A stretch of 64,000 bases of DNA from Pseudomonadota bacterium (GTDB taxonomy: Bacteria; Pseudomonadota; Gammaproteobacteria; Steroidobacterales; Steroidobacteraceae), in the NCBI GenBank assembly GCA_021777555.1, contig JAJYDK010000016.1, forward strand, positions 5,178 through 69,177, written 5' to 3'. The notes under the pieces are model-generated. The model was not told where the DNA came from. It saw only the letters and a program-made list of their open reading frames with translations, and ran no database searches. The position numbers and the translations under genes were made by a program. The first letter of the stretch is position 1; each line of letters opens with the position of its first letter. Of this stretch, positions 36,713 to 49,042 are shown in pieces.

Positions 36713-37743
36713 GTGCGCCCTTGGAGATGTTGCGGCCCTCGACCTCCCCCGAGGAGGCGCAGGCCATGCACGAGGCCATGGATTGGCTGGTGCGTCTGCA
36801 CGAGCCAAAAGTCTGCGACAGCGAGTTGGTCGCGTGGACCCTGTGGTACGAGGCCGACGAGCGGCACCAACGGGCGTTCGAGCAGATGCAGGACCTGTGG
36901 ATCCGGGCTGGCGCGCTGGCGGAGGGGCCTGAGGGCTTCGCGCGCCTCGATCGACTGCTCAGGCCGCCGCGGGAGGCGGATGCGCGGCGCCGTCACCCCT
37001 GGCCGCGTATCGCCCTGGCGGCTTCGGCGGCCGCGGCGGCCGTCGGCGTCGCCTGGCTGTCGCACCGGCTCCTTCATGTGCGGCCGCCGGCGAGCGCCGC
37101 TGCACCGCTGGTGCGCCGGATGGCTTTGCCCGATGGCACATCGATCGAGGTCGCTCCCGGGACGCGTATCGTTGTGCGATATACGGCGGCCCGGCGCCGG
37201 GTCGCCGTGCTTGGCGGAGAAGCGTATTTCAGCGTGCGCCACGATCCGTCACGCCCCTTCCTCGTCACGGTGAACGGCTTGACCGTGCGCGATGTGGGAA
37301 CGGCGTTCAATGTGCGCAAGGCCGGCAGCCGCGCGAACGTCACGGTGGTGCGAGGAGAGATCGAAGTCTCGCCAAGCTCCGCCCCCGCCGCGCGAGGGCG
37401 CGCCGGAGTTCGAGTCCGTGCGGGAGAAGAGGTCAAATGGGGGCGCCGCACCCGCTTGGTGGTGGATCGGACGGACACCGGGCGGGCCCTCGCCTGGCGC
37501 CAGGGCCGGCTGGAATACATCGACGAGCCGCTCTCGGCCGTGATCGCCGACGTCGACCGCTACGCGCGCCATCCGGTCGTGCTCGGCGACAAGGCCGCGG
37601 GCCGTATCGCCTTCACCGGCACGGTCTTCGCCCGCTACGCCGACCAATGGGTGCGGGCGCTGCCGAGCGAATTTCCGGTCCGGCTGGTGTCCCGTCCCGA
37701 TCGCTCCCTGGTGCTCGAGAGCCGGACGGGCAAACGACCCTGA
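36709..37743 (+). CDS. FecR-family anti-sigma factor
   Basis: It has the N-terminal anti-sigma segment (A..W...L), one TM helix, and a FecR domain (GEAYFSV..D..RPF.V, VRDVGTAFNV). It overlaps the sigma gene stop. Confidence 0.85.
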   Translation: MSAPLEMLRPSTSPEEAQAMHEAMDWLVRLHEPKVCDSELVAWTLWYEADERHQRAFEQMQDLWIRAGALAEGPEGFARLDRLLRPPREADARRRHPWPRIALAASAAAAAVGVAWLSHRLLHVRPPASAAAPLVRRMALPDGTSIEVAPGTRIVVRYTAARRRVAVLGGEAYFSVRHDPSRPFLVTVNGLTVRDVGTAFNVRKAGSRANVTVVRGEIEVSPSSAPAARGRAGVRVRAGEEVKWGRRTRLVVDRTDTGRALAWRQGRLEYIDEPLSAVIADVDRYARHPVVLGDKAAGRIAFTGTVFARYADQWVRALPSEFPVRLVSRPDRSLVLESRTGKRP

Positions 37744-37780
37744 GCGCCGAGCGCGACGCCGCGAGGGACGAGGTGCGCGC

Positions 37781-40700
37781 ATGAGGGCCTCGCGCGTCGC
37801 TCGCGGGGCGGTCCTGCTGCTGATGATCCTCTTACCGTGGATCGGCCGCGCAGCCCGGGCCGCAGCGCCGATGGCCGATCTGCACCGCATTGCCGACTTC
37901 GACATCGGGCCCCAGTCCCTCGCCGCGGCCCTCATCGCGTACTCCCAGCAGTCGGGACTGCAGGTGATCACCCCCGCAGCGACGGTGGCGCATCTCGAGA
38001 CACGGGGAGTTCACGGCGGACTGCCTGTCGGCGAGGCGCTCACCCGGCTTCTGCGGGGCACGGGTCTGGGTTTTCACCTTGCGGGAGAGAACACGATCGG
38101 CATCGACGCTCCCCGGCGCAGCAGAGCCGCCTCGCACGCTCCAAGTCGCGTAACGCTTGCGCATCCGCCCTCGCGCGCCGGCCCCGCGTCCCTGGACCTG
38201 CTCCCGGCGGCCCCGCCTCGCACCGCCGCGGTCATGCGGCAGGTCGTGGTCAGCGGCTCGCGGTTGCTCACCCGGAGCACCCTCGTCACCGCGGTGCCGG
38301 TCGACAGCATGGTCAATGCCGGCTTCCTGCGCGCCCACGGCTACACGAACATCGCCGACGCCCTCAACGTGCTGCCGGAGTTGCAGGGCAGCGCCACACC
38401 GTTTGGCGCCCAGCGCGATTTCGGCGTGGGATTCAACTACATCGACCTGTACAACCTGGGGACCAACAGGACCCTCGAGCTGGTCAACGGCCTGCGCTTC
38501 GTGTCCGACAATCCCGCCAATCTCTTCGCCCACAGCGGCGGCACCCAGCTCGATCTGAACGCCCTGCCGGCGATCTTCCTCGACCGGGTGGACATCGTGC
38601 CGGCGACCGGGGCGGCGATCTACGGCGCCGACGCCGTCTCGGGGGTGGTGAACATCCGGATGAAGCAGCGGTTCACCGGCGCACGCCTCATCGCGAGTCT
38701 CGGCAACTCCGTCCGCTGGGACGCGGGGGAGTACGATCTCGAGGGCGCGCTCGGGAAGGATTTCCTGCATCACCGCCTGAATCTCGCGCTCGCCGCCGAG
38801 TTCGATCAGACCACCGCCGTGAGCGAGCGGCAGCGGACCTGGACGGCGCTGCAGCAGGGCTTCGTGCCGAACCCCGCCTATGCCGGAGCGGGGAGCGGGG
38901 TGCCGGCGCAGATCGTCGCCGACAACCTGAGGCTGTACGGCGTGACCAATGGCGGACTCCCCTACCGGCTCGATCAGACGCTGATCGATCTGCCCGGCAC
39001 CGCCACACCCGCGCAGTTCGGCGTCAACGGGGAGCTCATTCCGTTCAATACCGGCACGGTCTACAGCCCCACCCAGGCGAGCGGCGGCGACTCGCTCGAT
39101 CTGGCGCCCATGACGCCGCTGCTGACCCCGAACAAGCGCATGTTGCTCTATGGCATCGGCAGTTACGATGTGTCCGAAGGGGTGCGCCTCGAGACGGCCG
39201 TCGCCTTCGATTACGTGGGCTCGCGTCTCGCCGACAACCAGCCGAACTTCGCCTACACGGCCTTCGGCCTCTCGCCCGCCTACAACGATCCCTTGCCGGG
39301 CGCGGCCTGGCTGATCGGTCCGCAGAACGGCTTTCTCACTCCGCAGGCCCGCGGCGTGCTTGCGGCGGCCGGGGTCGGGGATTTCTATCTCTCGCGCAGC
39401 AATTACGACGCGACCCCATCGCCCATCTCCTCCTTCGTCCGCACATTCAACATCAATTCGACGCTGCGAGGCCAATTTCGCAGACTTGGGCGCCGCTTCC
39501 ACTGGGACCTGTCGTACTCCCACGGTCAGGCCTATTCGAGCTTCGCCCAGTACGGCTTCGTCTATGGCAACCCCGCGTACCACGTGCCGAACCTCCTCGG
39601 CTACGCGCTCGATTCCATCATGGGCCCCGGCGGCAAGCCGCAGTGCCGCATCACGGCGCAGAACTCCGGCTCGAGCGACCCCTACATCCGCAACTGCGTG
39701 CCGTTCGATCCCTTCGGCGCCGGCAACAACGGCCGCGCGGCCCTGAGTTACGTCACCGCGCGCTTCGGCGACACGGCGCTCGACTGGCAGGATGACCTCG
39801 AGGCGAACCTGCAGGCGCCCCTGGCGAGACTCCCCGCAGGCCCCCTGCGTGCCGCCATCGGCGCGGAGAGCCGCTATGAATACGGCAGCTTCAATCCCTC
39901 CACCGCCTCGCGCGAGGGGCTGGGGTACGGCGTTCCGATCGCCTCGACCCATGGTCGATTCGCGACCCACGAAATCTACGGCGAGATGCGCCTACCGATC
40001 CTCGGCGGGCGCTTCAGCCGCCGCTGGGCCCATCAGCTGACCGCCGATGGGGCCTTCCGGCGTGTGGACAGCTCGCTCGCGGGATACTCGAACGCCTGGA
40101 ACGTCGGGATCGTCTACGCGCCGAGCCGGGACATCGCCGTGCGTTTCAGCCGCGCCCGAACCTATCGGGAACCCTCGCTCCAGGAGGCGTACTCGCCCGC
40201 AACCAGCGCCTTCGATTCGGGTCTCGATCCCTGCCAGGCCGGCAACATCGCCTCGGGTCCCGACCCGGCGGCCCGCCAACGCAACTGCGCGGCGGCCTTC
40301 GCGGCGCTGGGGGCGAATCTCGCGCAGTTCACCAGCTCCAACGTCCAGAATCTCACCATCCCGGTGCAAAGCGGCGGCAATACGGCCCTCACCGACGAAG
40401 TGGCCCACTCGATGAACCTCGGTGTGGTGCTCACACCGCGCTCGGTGCCGGGGCTCACCGTGAGCGCCGATTACATCCAGATCCTCATCCGCCAGGCGAT
40501 CGAATATGCCGGCGTCGGGCTCTTGATGCAGCAGTGTTACGATGCGCCCGTCTATCCGAGCGCCACCTGCGGCGACTTCACCCGCCAACCGGGCACCGGC
40601 CAGGTCGTGGGCGCCCGCGAGACCTTCATCAACGCGGGCTTCAATCATCTGCGCCTCGTTCAGTATCGACTGCGATACCGGCGCCGTCTCGGGCGGCTGC

Positions 40701-41134
40701 CCTGGCTCGAGCGCTTCAATGCTCCGGGCACCCTCGACATCGACGCGGACGTGCTCGACATGAGGGAGAACAACAGCTCGGTCTCCGGCAGCGGTTTCGA
40801 TGTCACCGAATTCGCCGGCACGATCGGTGTGCCTCGCTGGAGCTTCGTGTCCGATATCGGCTACGGGTGGCGCCGGTGGTCGATCCGCTGGCTGACACTC
40901 TACTCCTCGCGATCCTACTTCGATCTCACCTATACCCCCGCCGACCAGCTGCCGCTGTCGATCCCCTCGAGCACCATCCATGACCTCGACGTCCTGCATC
41001 GACTCGGGCGCTGCTGCGAGGTGGGTCTGCACGTGAGCGATGTGTTCGACAAGGCGCCGCCGCAGCCCTGGGTCTATGGCGCAGATTACCTCGGCCGGAT
41101 GATCGAGCTCAGTTTCCGCGCCCGGCTCGACTAG
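37781..41134 (+). CDS. TonB-dependent receptor/transducer with an N-terminal STN signalling domain
   Basis: It has a signal peptide, an STN domain (FDIGPQSLAAALIAYSQQSGLQVI...TRGVHG), a plug (IYGADAVSGVVNI) and a long beta-barrel. Confidence 0.9.
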   Translation: MRASRVARGAVLLLMILLPWIGRAARAAAPMADLHRIADFDIGPQSLAAALIAYSQQSGLQVITPAATVAHLETRGVHGGLPVGEALTRLLRGTGLGFHLAGENTIGIDAPRRSRAASHAPSRVTLAHPPSRAGPASLDLLPAAPPRTAAVMRQVVVSGSRLLTRSTLVTAVPVDSMVNAGFLRAHGYTNIADALNVLPELQGSATPFGAQRDFGVGFNYIDLYNLGTNRTLELVNGLRFVSDNPANLFAHSGGTQLDLNALPAIFLDRVDIVPATGAAIYGADAVSGVVNIRMKQRFTGARLIASLGNSVRWDAGEYDLEGALGKDFLHHRLNLALAAEFDQTTAVSERQRTWTALQQGFVPNPAYAGAGSGVPAQIVADNLRLYGVTNGGLPYRLDQTLIDLPGTATPAQFGVNGELIPFNTGTVYSPTQASGGDSLDLAPMTPLLTPNKRMLLYGIGSYDVSEGVRLETAVAFDYVGSRLADNQPNFAYTAFGLSPAYNDPLPGAAWLIGPQNGFLTPQARGVLAAAGVGDFYLSRSNYDATPSPISSFVRTFNINSTLRGQFRRLGRRFHWDLSYSHGQAYSSFAQYGFVYGNPAYHVPNLLGYALDSIMGPGGKPQCRITAQNSGSSDPYIRNCVPFDPFGAGNNGRAALSYVTARFGDTALDWQDDLEANLQAPLARLPAGPLRAAIGAESRYEYGSFNPSTASREGLGYGVPIASTHGRFATHEIYGEMRLPILGGRFSRRWAHQLTADGAFRRVDSSLAGYSNAWNVGIVYAPSRDIAVRFSRARTYREPSLQEAYSPATSAFDSGLDPCQAGNIASGPDPAARQRNCAAAFAALGANLAQFTSSNVQNLTIPVQSGGNTALTDEVAHSMNLGVVLTPRSVPGLTVSADYIQILIRQAIEYAGVGLLMQQCYDAPVYPSATCGDFTRQPGTGQVVGARETFINAGFNHLRLVQYRLRYRRRLGRLPWLERFNAPGTLDIDADVLDMRENNSSVSGSGFDVTEFAGTIGVPRWSFVSDIGYGWRRWSIRWLTLYSSRSYFDLTYTPADQLPLSIPSSTIHDLDVLHRLGRCCEVGLHVSDVFDKAPPQPWVYGADYLGRMIELSFRARLD

Positions 41135-42327
41135 AGCGCCCCGCGGGTGCGCGCGGGTTGATCGGAGTCTGGCCGGCGGCCGCGCAACGCCTTCACCGCC
41201 CACTGCATGGCGAGGCCGATGGCGGCGAGGAAGGCGACGAAACTGATCGCCAGGGTCAGATTCAGCATCCGCTCGAGCGTGTGATTGCGCAGCCGCGCGC
41301 CGCGGTTCGACCACTGGGTGACGCGGAGCGTGGCGATCACGGTGGTGCGCCCGAGACCGTGGATCGGCGCCTCCACGTGCGTGAGCCGCACCCCATGCGG
41401 TCCAACGAGCCGCCGGTACAGCCGCGCGAGGATGCCGGGCTCGGGCGCGGGCACTTGCGGCACCGTGAGCTCATCGGCCTCGGCCAGCGTGGCGCCGTCC
41501 GGAGTGCTCACCACGAGCCGCAGCCCCGGCCGCACGAACCGCGCGAGATAGGCCGGCAGCGCCGGCGAGGCGAGAATCAGCCGGCCGCGGGTGCGCAGAT
41601 CGCTCGTGCGCAGGGTGCCGTAACTGACGGGTGCGGCGCCACGGTAATCGCGATTGTCGATGAGGACGCCGAAGCGACCATCGGTGAGCGACAGCGGCAT
41701 CGAGAACTCGACGTCGTAGCCGCCGGAGCGAGGCTGCAAAGCTCCCACGATGCGCGGGTCGACGAGCGCTCTCTTGCGTCCGTATTCGCCCGTCACGATG
41801 CGCCGCGCCACGATGGGGCCGGGGCCCGTGAGCGCGAAGAACTCCGCGTGCTGCACGCCGCGCGCATCGGCATATCCCACCCAGATGCGCTCGCCTATCG
41901 CGGAGGGGCGCAGCGGCTCGGCGAGCGGTGCATCGAATACCAGTCGAGGGTCCTTCGCCCTCAGCAGCACGTACAGCATCCGACCCTGCACGCCGGTGAG
42001 GATGCCGAAGCGGTAGGGAACCTTGCCGTAATAACGCCACCCGCCCCGCTCGCGAGGCCAGTCCTCGGAATAGCCATCGACGTAAAGCGGCGCTCGCAGC
42101 AGAACGGGGGTGAGATCGTAGCGGCCGGGAGTCGGCGGCCCGGGATAGCGATAGAGGAGCTCGGTGCGCCCCTGGAGCGATGCGGCCAGTGTCCTCGCGA
42201 CCGAGCTCAGGGTGTGCCGCTCGCTCGCGCGCAGCGCCGATTCCATCTGCCGCGCGTAGCGGATGCCATCCCACGGCAACACCAGCGCGATGAGCGCGAG
42301 CAGCAGGATTTTGAGCCAGGACGACAT
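41131..42327 (-). CDS. Two-TM membrane protein resembling a sensor-kinase input domain, with no output domain
   Basis: An N-terminal TM (LKILLLALIALVLPW) is followed by a periplasmic domain of about 330 aa and a second TM (LNLTLAISFVAFLAAIGLAMQW). Only about 25 residues follow that. The stop overlaps the TBDR stop on CTAG. Confidence 0.5.
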   Translation of the reverse strand: MSSWLKILLLALIALVLPWDGIRYARQMESALRASERHTLSSVARTLAASLQGRTELLYRYPGPPTPGRYDLTPVLLRAPLYVDGYSEDWPRERGGWRYYGKVPYRFGILTGVQGRMLYVLLRAKDPRLVFDAPLAEPLRPSAIGERIWVGYADARGVQHAEFFALTGPGPIVARRIVTGEYGRKRALVDPRIVGALQPRSGGYDVEFSMPLSLTDGRFGVLIDNRDYRGAAPVSYGTLRTSDLRTRGRLILASPALPAYLARFVRPGLRLVVSTPDGATLAEADELTVPQVPAPEPGILARLYRRLVGPHGVRLTHVEAPIHGLGRTTVIATLRVTQWSNRGARLRNHTLERMLNLTLAISFVAFLAAIGLAMQWAVKALRGRRPDSDQPARTRGAL

Positions 42328-42418
42328 CTATCGAGACATCACCATAAGGTTTAAGCAATCTTTCAGGTTGTGGGCTTATAGTGGATTTTTTGGGGAGGCG
42401 GTTCCACTGCCAGGGCAC

Positions 42419-43714
42419 ATGAAGATACCCGAGATTCTGATCGTAGAGACGGTTCACCAGCCCGGAAGCCTGGCCAAAGTGCTGCAGGTGATCGCCGAGG
42501 CGGGGCTCACCATCGAGCACCTGACCGCGGTGCGCCGCGGACAGGGCCGCACGGTCTGGGAAATCACGCTGGAGATGGACGAGGAGGCCGACAGGAGCCT
42601 CTACGATCGCATCGGCCAGCTGCCGACCGCGCGCTTCATCGGCAAGTCAGACCGGGTGTTCAACCGTCACCGCGGCGGCAAGATCCGCACCGTCGCCAGT
42701 CTGCCGATCAACACGCGGCAGGTGCTGCGCGATGTCTACACACCGGGGGTGGCGCGGGTCTGCCTCGCCATCCAGCAGGACGCCTCGCTCGCCCACGAGT
42801 ACACCAGCATCGATCACACGGTGGCCGTGATCACCAACGGCACCGCGATACTCGGGCTCGGCAACATCGGGCCGCTCGCGGGACTGCCGGTGATGGAGGG
42901 CAAGGCCGCGCTGTTCGCCGATCTCGCGGGGCTCTCCGGCGTGCCCCTCCTGATCGAGGAGACGCGGCCCGAGAAGGTCGTCGAGCTCATCGCCGCCATT
43001 CACCTGTCCTTCGGCGCGATCCAGCTGGAGGACTTCGCCGCGCCGGAGTGCTTCGAGATCGAGGCTCGCCTGCAGGAGCGCCTCGAGAAGCCCGTGCTGC
43101 ACGACGATCAACATGGCACCGCCGTCGTGGCGCTGGCGGCGCTCATCAACGCGGCGCGGCGTGCCGGCACGAGCCTGCCGCAGAGCACGATCGGGCAGAT
43201 TGGCCTCGGCGCCGCCGGCACCGGGATCGTGCGGCTGCTACGCGCTTACGGCGTGAACCGAGTGCTCGGCGCCGATCGCGACCCGAGGGCCATCGAGCGC
43301 ATCCGCGCGCTCGGCGGTGAGGGCGCGACGCTGGAGTCCATCATGCAGACCGCCGACGTGGTGCTCGCCACCACGGGCGTCAAGGGCCTGATCCGCCCGG
43401 AATGGGTGAGGCCCGGTCAGGTCATCCTGGCTCTGTCCAATCCGGACCCCGAGATCGAGCCCATGGTGGCCCGCGAGCGCGGCGCAGCCTTTGCCGCCGA
43501 CGGCAAGGGCATCAACAATGTGCTCGCCTTCCCGGGGCTGTTCAAAGGTGCCCTGAGCGCCAGGGCGACGCGCTTCACCGATGCGATGCTGATGGCCGCG
43601 GCGCAGACGATCGCGGACCTGGTGCAGGGGGATGAGCTGGTGCCCGACCCGCTCGACAAAGCCGTGCACGAGCACGTCGCCACCGCCGTGCGCAACGCGA
43701 GCCTGCAGGGCTAA
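42419..43714 (+). CDS. NAD(P)-dependent malic enzyme with an N-terminal ACT domain
   Basis: The ACT-like N-terminus is ILIVETVHQPGSLAKVLQVIAEAG. The malic enzyme core has VITNGTAILGLGNIG, PVMEGKAALF and HDDQHGTAVV. I chose the ATG at 42419. Confidence 0.9.
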   Translation: MKIPEILIVETVHQPGSLAKVLQVIAEAGLTIEHLTAVRRGQGRTVWEITLEMDEEADRSLYDRIGQLPTARFIGKSDRVFNRHRGGKIRTVASLPINTRQVLRDVYTPGVARVCLAIQQDASLAHEYTSIDHTVAVITNGTAILGLGNIGPLAGLPVMEGKAALFADLAGLSGVPLLIEETRPEKVVELIAAIHLSFGAIQLEDFAAPECFEIEARLQERLEKPVLHDDQHGTAVVALAALINAARRAGTSLPQSTIGQIGLGAAGTGIVRLLRAYGVNRVLGADRDPRAIERIRALGGEGATLESIMQTADVVLATTGVKGLIRPEWVRPGQVILALSNPDPEIEPMVARERGAAFAADGKGINNVLAFPGLFKGALSARATRFTDAMLMAAAQTIADLVQGDELVPDPLDKAVHEHVATAVRNASLQG

Positions 43715-43742
43715 GCAGCCCTGAGGGCTCGCGCCGCTCTGC

Positions 43743-44627
43743 TCAGGCGGGAGCCGGCTCGGGCGTGAGCAAGCCGCGCAGCTTCCCGAGGGCGTTGGCT
43801 TCGATCTGGCGGATCCGCTCGGCGGATACGCCGTATTGGTCGGCCAGCTCGTGAAGGGTCGCCTTGTCCTCGCTCATCCAGCGTCGCTGCAGGATGTCGC
43901 GGCTGCGCGTGTCGAGCCGCTCGAGCGCGGTGCGCAGCTGTGCGGAAGTCTCGTGTTCCCACTCCGAGCTCTCGACCTGCTCCGCCGGGTCGGCTTCGGG
44001 AGCGGGCAGATAGGCCGCGGGACTGTAGGACTCCTCCTCGTCCGCATCAGGCGCGGGATCGAACGACAGATCATGCGCCGCGAGACGCTTCTCCATCTCG
44101 TTCACTTCGCTGGGGGTCACGCCCAGGTCCCGGGCCACCGCCGCGGTCTCCTCGGCCGACAACCAGGTGAGGTTCTTCTTCAGACGGCGCAGGTTGAAGA
44201 AGAGCTTGCGCTGAGCCTTGGTGGTGGCGATCTTGACCAGGCGCCAGTTGCGCAGCACGTACTCGTGGATCTCGGCACGGATCCAGTGCACCGCGAAGGA
44301 CACCAGGCGGACGTTCAGCTTGGGGTCGAACCGCTTCACGGCCTTCATCAGCCCGACATTGCCTTCCTGGATGAGATCGCCGAATGGCAGGCCGTAGCCC
44401 CGATAGCCCCGGGCGATGTGCACCACGAAGCGCAGGTGCGAGAGCACCAGCTTGCGGGCGGATGCGAGATCTTCCTGGCCACGGTAGCGCTCGGCGAGCG
44501 CGCGCTCCTGCTCCCGCTCCAATACGGGTATGCGGCTGACCCGGTCGATATAGGCATCGACGCTGCCGACCGGGCCGGTGACCGCCAGGTCGCAGGGCCG
44601 GGCGATCAATGCTGTGCTTGCGGTCAT
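43743..44627 (-). CDS. rpoH: RNA polymerase sigma-32 (heat-shock sigma factor)
   Basis: It has LVLSHLRFVVHIARGYRGYGLPFGDLIQEGNVGLMKAVKRFDP and the RpoH box QRKLFFNLR. Confidence 0.92.
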   Translation of the reverse strand: MTASTALIARPCDLAVTGPVGSVDAYIDRVSRIPVLEREQERALAERYRGQEDLASARKLVLSHLRFVVHIARGYRGYGLPFGDLIQEGNVGLMKAVKRFDPKLNVRLVSFAVHWIRAEIHEYVLRNWRLVKIATTKAQRKLFFNLRRLKKNLTWLSAEETAAVARDLGVTPSEVNEMEKRLAAHDLSFDPAPDADEEESYSPAAYLPAPEADPAEQVESSEWEHETSAQLRTALERLDTRSRDILQRRWMSEDKATLHELADQYGVSAERIRQIEANALGKLRGLLTPEPAPA

Positions 44628-44655
44628 GCGTGCTCCAAGACTCTTGGTAGGAAAT

Positions 44656-44684
44656 ATTAGCACTCGCGATATTCGAGTGCTAAT
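44656..44684. promoter_or_regulatory. Perfect 11-bp inverted repeat upstream of rpoH
   Basis: The sequence is attagcactcg-cgatatt-cgagtgctaat. It lies 29-57 nt upstream of the rpoH ATG. Confidence 0.35.
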
Positions 44685-44830
44685 CCGCCCAATAGGTTCC
44701 CTGGGGGTGGCCCTAAAGGGGGAGGGAGCGAAGCGTGAACTAAACCGCGACCATCATTTCCAAGAGTGCTCAGGTTTTCGTCAGGATCTTCCTTTATCGT
44801 CAGCGGCGCAACCGCCTCACAGGTATCCCC

Positions 44831-45403
44831 ATGCACCGCCCCTCCCTCCGCCCGACCTCCGCCACCCTGGCCTCCCATCCGAACTACGACGACCTCAGCA
44901 TCCTTCTGCATTGGCTCACGGCCTTCCTGGTGGCCAGCCTGTGGACGCTCGGCCAGACTTTGAGCTATTTCCCGAAGGGCACGCCGCGCGATGCGGCGCT
45001 TTCGGTGCACATCCTGCTCGGAATCACGGTGGGCGCGGTCCTCCTGGTCCGCATCGCGTGGCGCTCGAGCGCCGGCCGTCGCCTGCCACCGACCGATGCC
45101 GGCTGGCCGGGCCGGCTGGCCCAGAGTGCCCACCACGGGCTCTATGTGCTGCTGGTCGTGACGGTGGCTCTCGGTCTATCGCGCGTCTGGCTGCACGGTA
45201 ACAGCGTGTTCCACTGGTTCTCGTTCCCCAAGCCCGCCTTCAGCACGTGGAAGCTGACGCGCACGATCGGTGGGTTGCATGGCGATCTCGCGGACATCGT
45301 GGTCATCGTGGCGGGCCTGCACGCTGCTGCTGCGCTCGCGCACCACTATCTCCTGCGGGATTCGGTACTGAGGCGGATGCTGCCCGGAAAGCGCAAGGGG
45401 TGA
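44831..45403 (+). CDS. Cytochrome b561 family protein
   Basis: It has four TM helices with conserved His ligands (LLHWLTAFLV, SVHILLG, HHGLY, GLHAAAALAHHY). Confidence 0.8.
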   Translation: MHRPSLRPTSATLASHPNYDDLSILLHWLTAFLVASLWTLGQTLSYFPKGTPRDAALSVHILLGITVGAVLLVRIAWRSSAGRRLPPTDAGWPGRLAQSAHHGLYVLLVVTVALGLSRVWLHGNSVFHWFSFPKPAFSTWKLTRTIGGLHGDLADIVVIVAGLHAAAALAHHYLLRDSVLRRMLPGKRKG

Positions 45404-45427
45404 GCGGATTGGGGTAAAACGGGGGCC

Positions 45428-46243
45428 ATGCCAGAGCTTCCCGAAGTCGAGACCACCCGCCGCGGCATCGAGCCGCATGCCCTCGGCCGCCGGATCGTGG
45501 CGCTCGAGGTGTACGAGGCTCGCCTGCGCTGGCCGGTGCCCCCGTCCCTGCCGGCGCGCGTCGCGGGACAACGCATCACGACGACCGGCCGCCGAGCCAA
45601 GTACCTGCTGATCGGACTGGAATCCGGCACGCTGCTGGTGCATCTCGGCATGTCCGGCTCATTGCGCGTGTTGTCCGCAGATACGCCGAGGATCGCGCAC
45701 GATCAATTCGATTTGCGGCTGGATTCGGGGCGGATCCTTCGCTTCAACGACCCCCGCCGCTTCGGGAGTCTCCACTTCACCCCGGAGGACCCGGCGCGGC
45801 ACCGGTTGCTCGAGCATCTCGCACCGGAGCCTTTCGACGACGCATTTGACGCGGCCTACCTCTGGAAGGTGACCCGCGGCCGTCGGCTGACGATCAAGCA
45901 GCTGCTGATGAACAGCCGTCTGGTCGTCGGCGTCGGCAACATTTATGCGAGCGAGGCGCTGTTTCGGGCACGGATCCGGCCGGGGCGGCAGGCCCGCAGC
46001 CTCTCGCGCGCCGAGGCGGCGCGGCTGATACGGGCGATCCGCGGGGTGCTGGCACAGGCCATCCGGGTGGGCGGCACGACGCTGCGAGATTACGTGGGCG
46101 CCGATGGGTCGCCGGGATACTTCCGGCAGAGACTGTACGTGTATGAGCGGGCGGGCAAGCCCTGTCGGGTGTGCCGCACGCTGATCCGGCAGATCACCCA
46201 GCAGGGGCGCTCGACGTATTACTGCCGGAGCTGCCAGCAGTGA
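45428..46243 (+). CDS. mutM: Formamidopyrimidine-DNA glycosylase
   Basis: It starts MPELPEVETTRRGI and has an H2TH region and a C-terminal zinc finger (CRVCRTLIRQITQQGRSTYYCRSCQ). Confidence 0.95.
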   Translation: MPELPEVETTRRGIEPHALGRRIVALEVYEARLRWPVPPSLPARVAGQRITTTGRRAKYLLIGLESGTLLVHLGMSGSLRVLSADTPRIAHDQFDLRLDSGRILRFNDPRRFGSLHFTPEDPARHRLLEHLAPEPFDDAFDAAYLWKVTRGRRLTIKQLLMNSRLVVGVGNIYASEALFRARIRPGRQARSLSRAEAARLIRAIRGVLAQAIRVGGTTLRDYVGADGSPGYFRQRLYVYERAGKPCRVCRTLIRQITQQGRSTYYCRSCQQ

Positions 46244-46246
46244 TGG

Positions 46247-49035
<2,789 letters not shown>

Positions 49036-49042
49036 CACCCCG

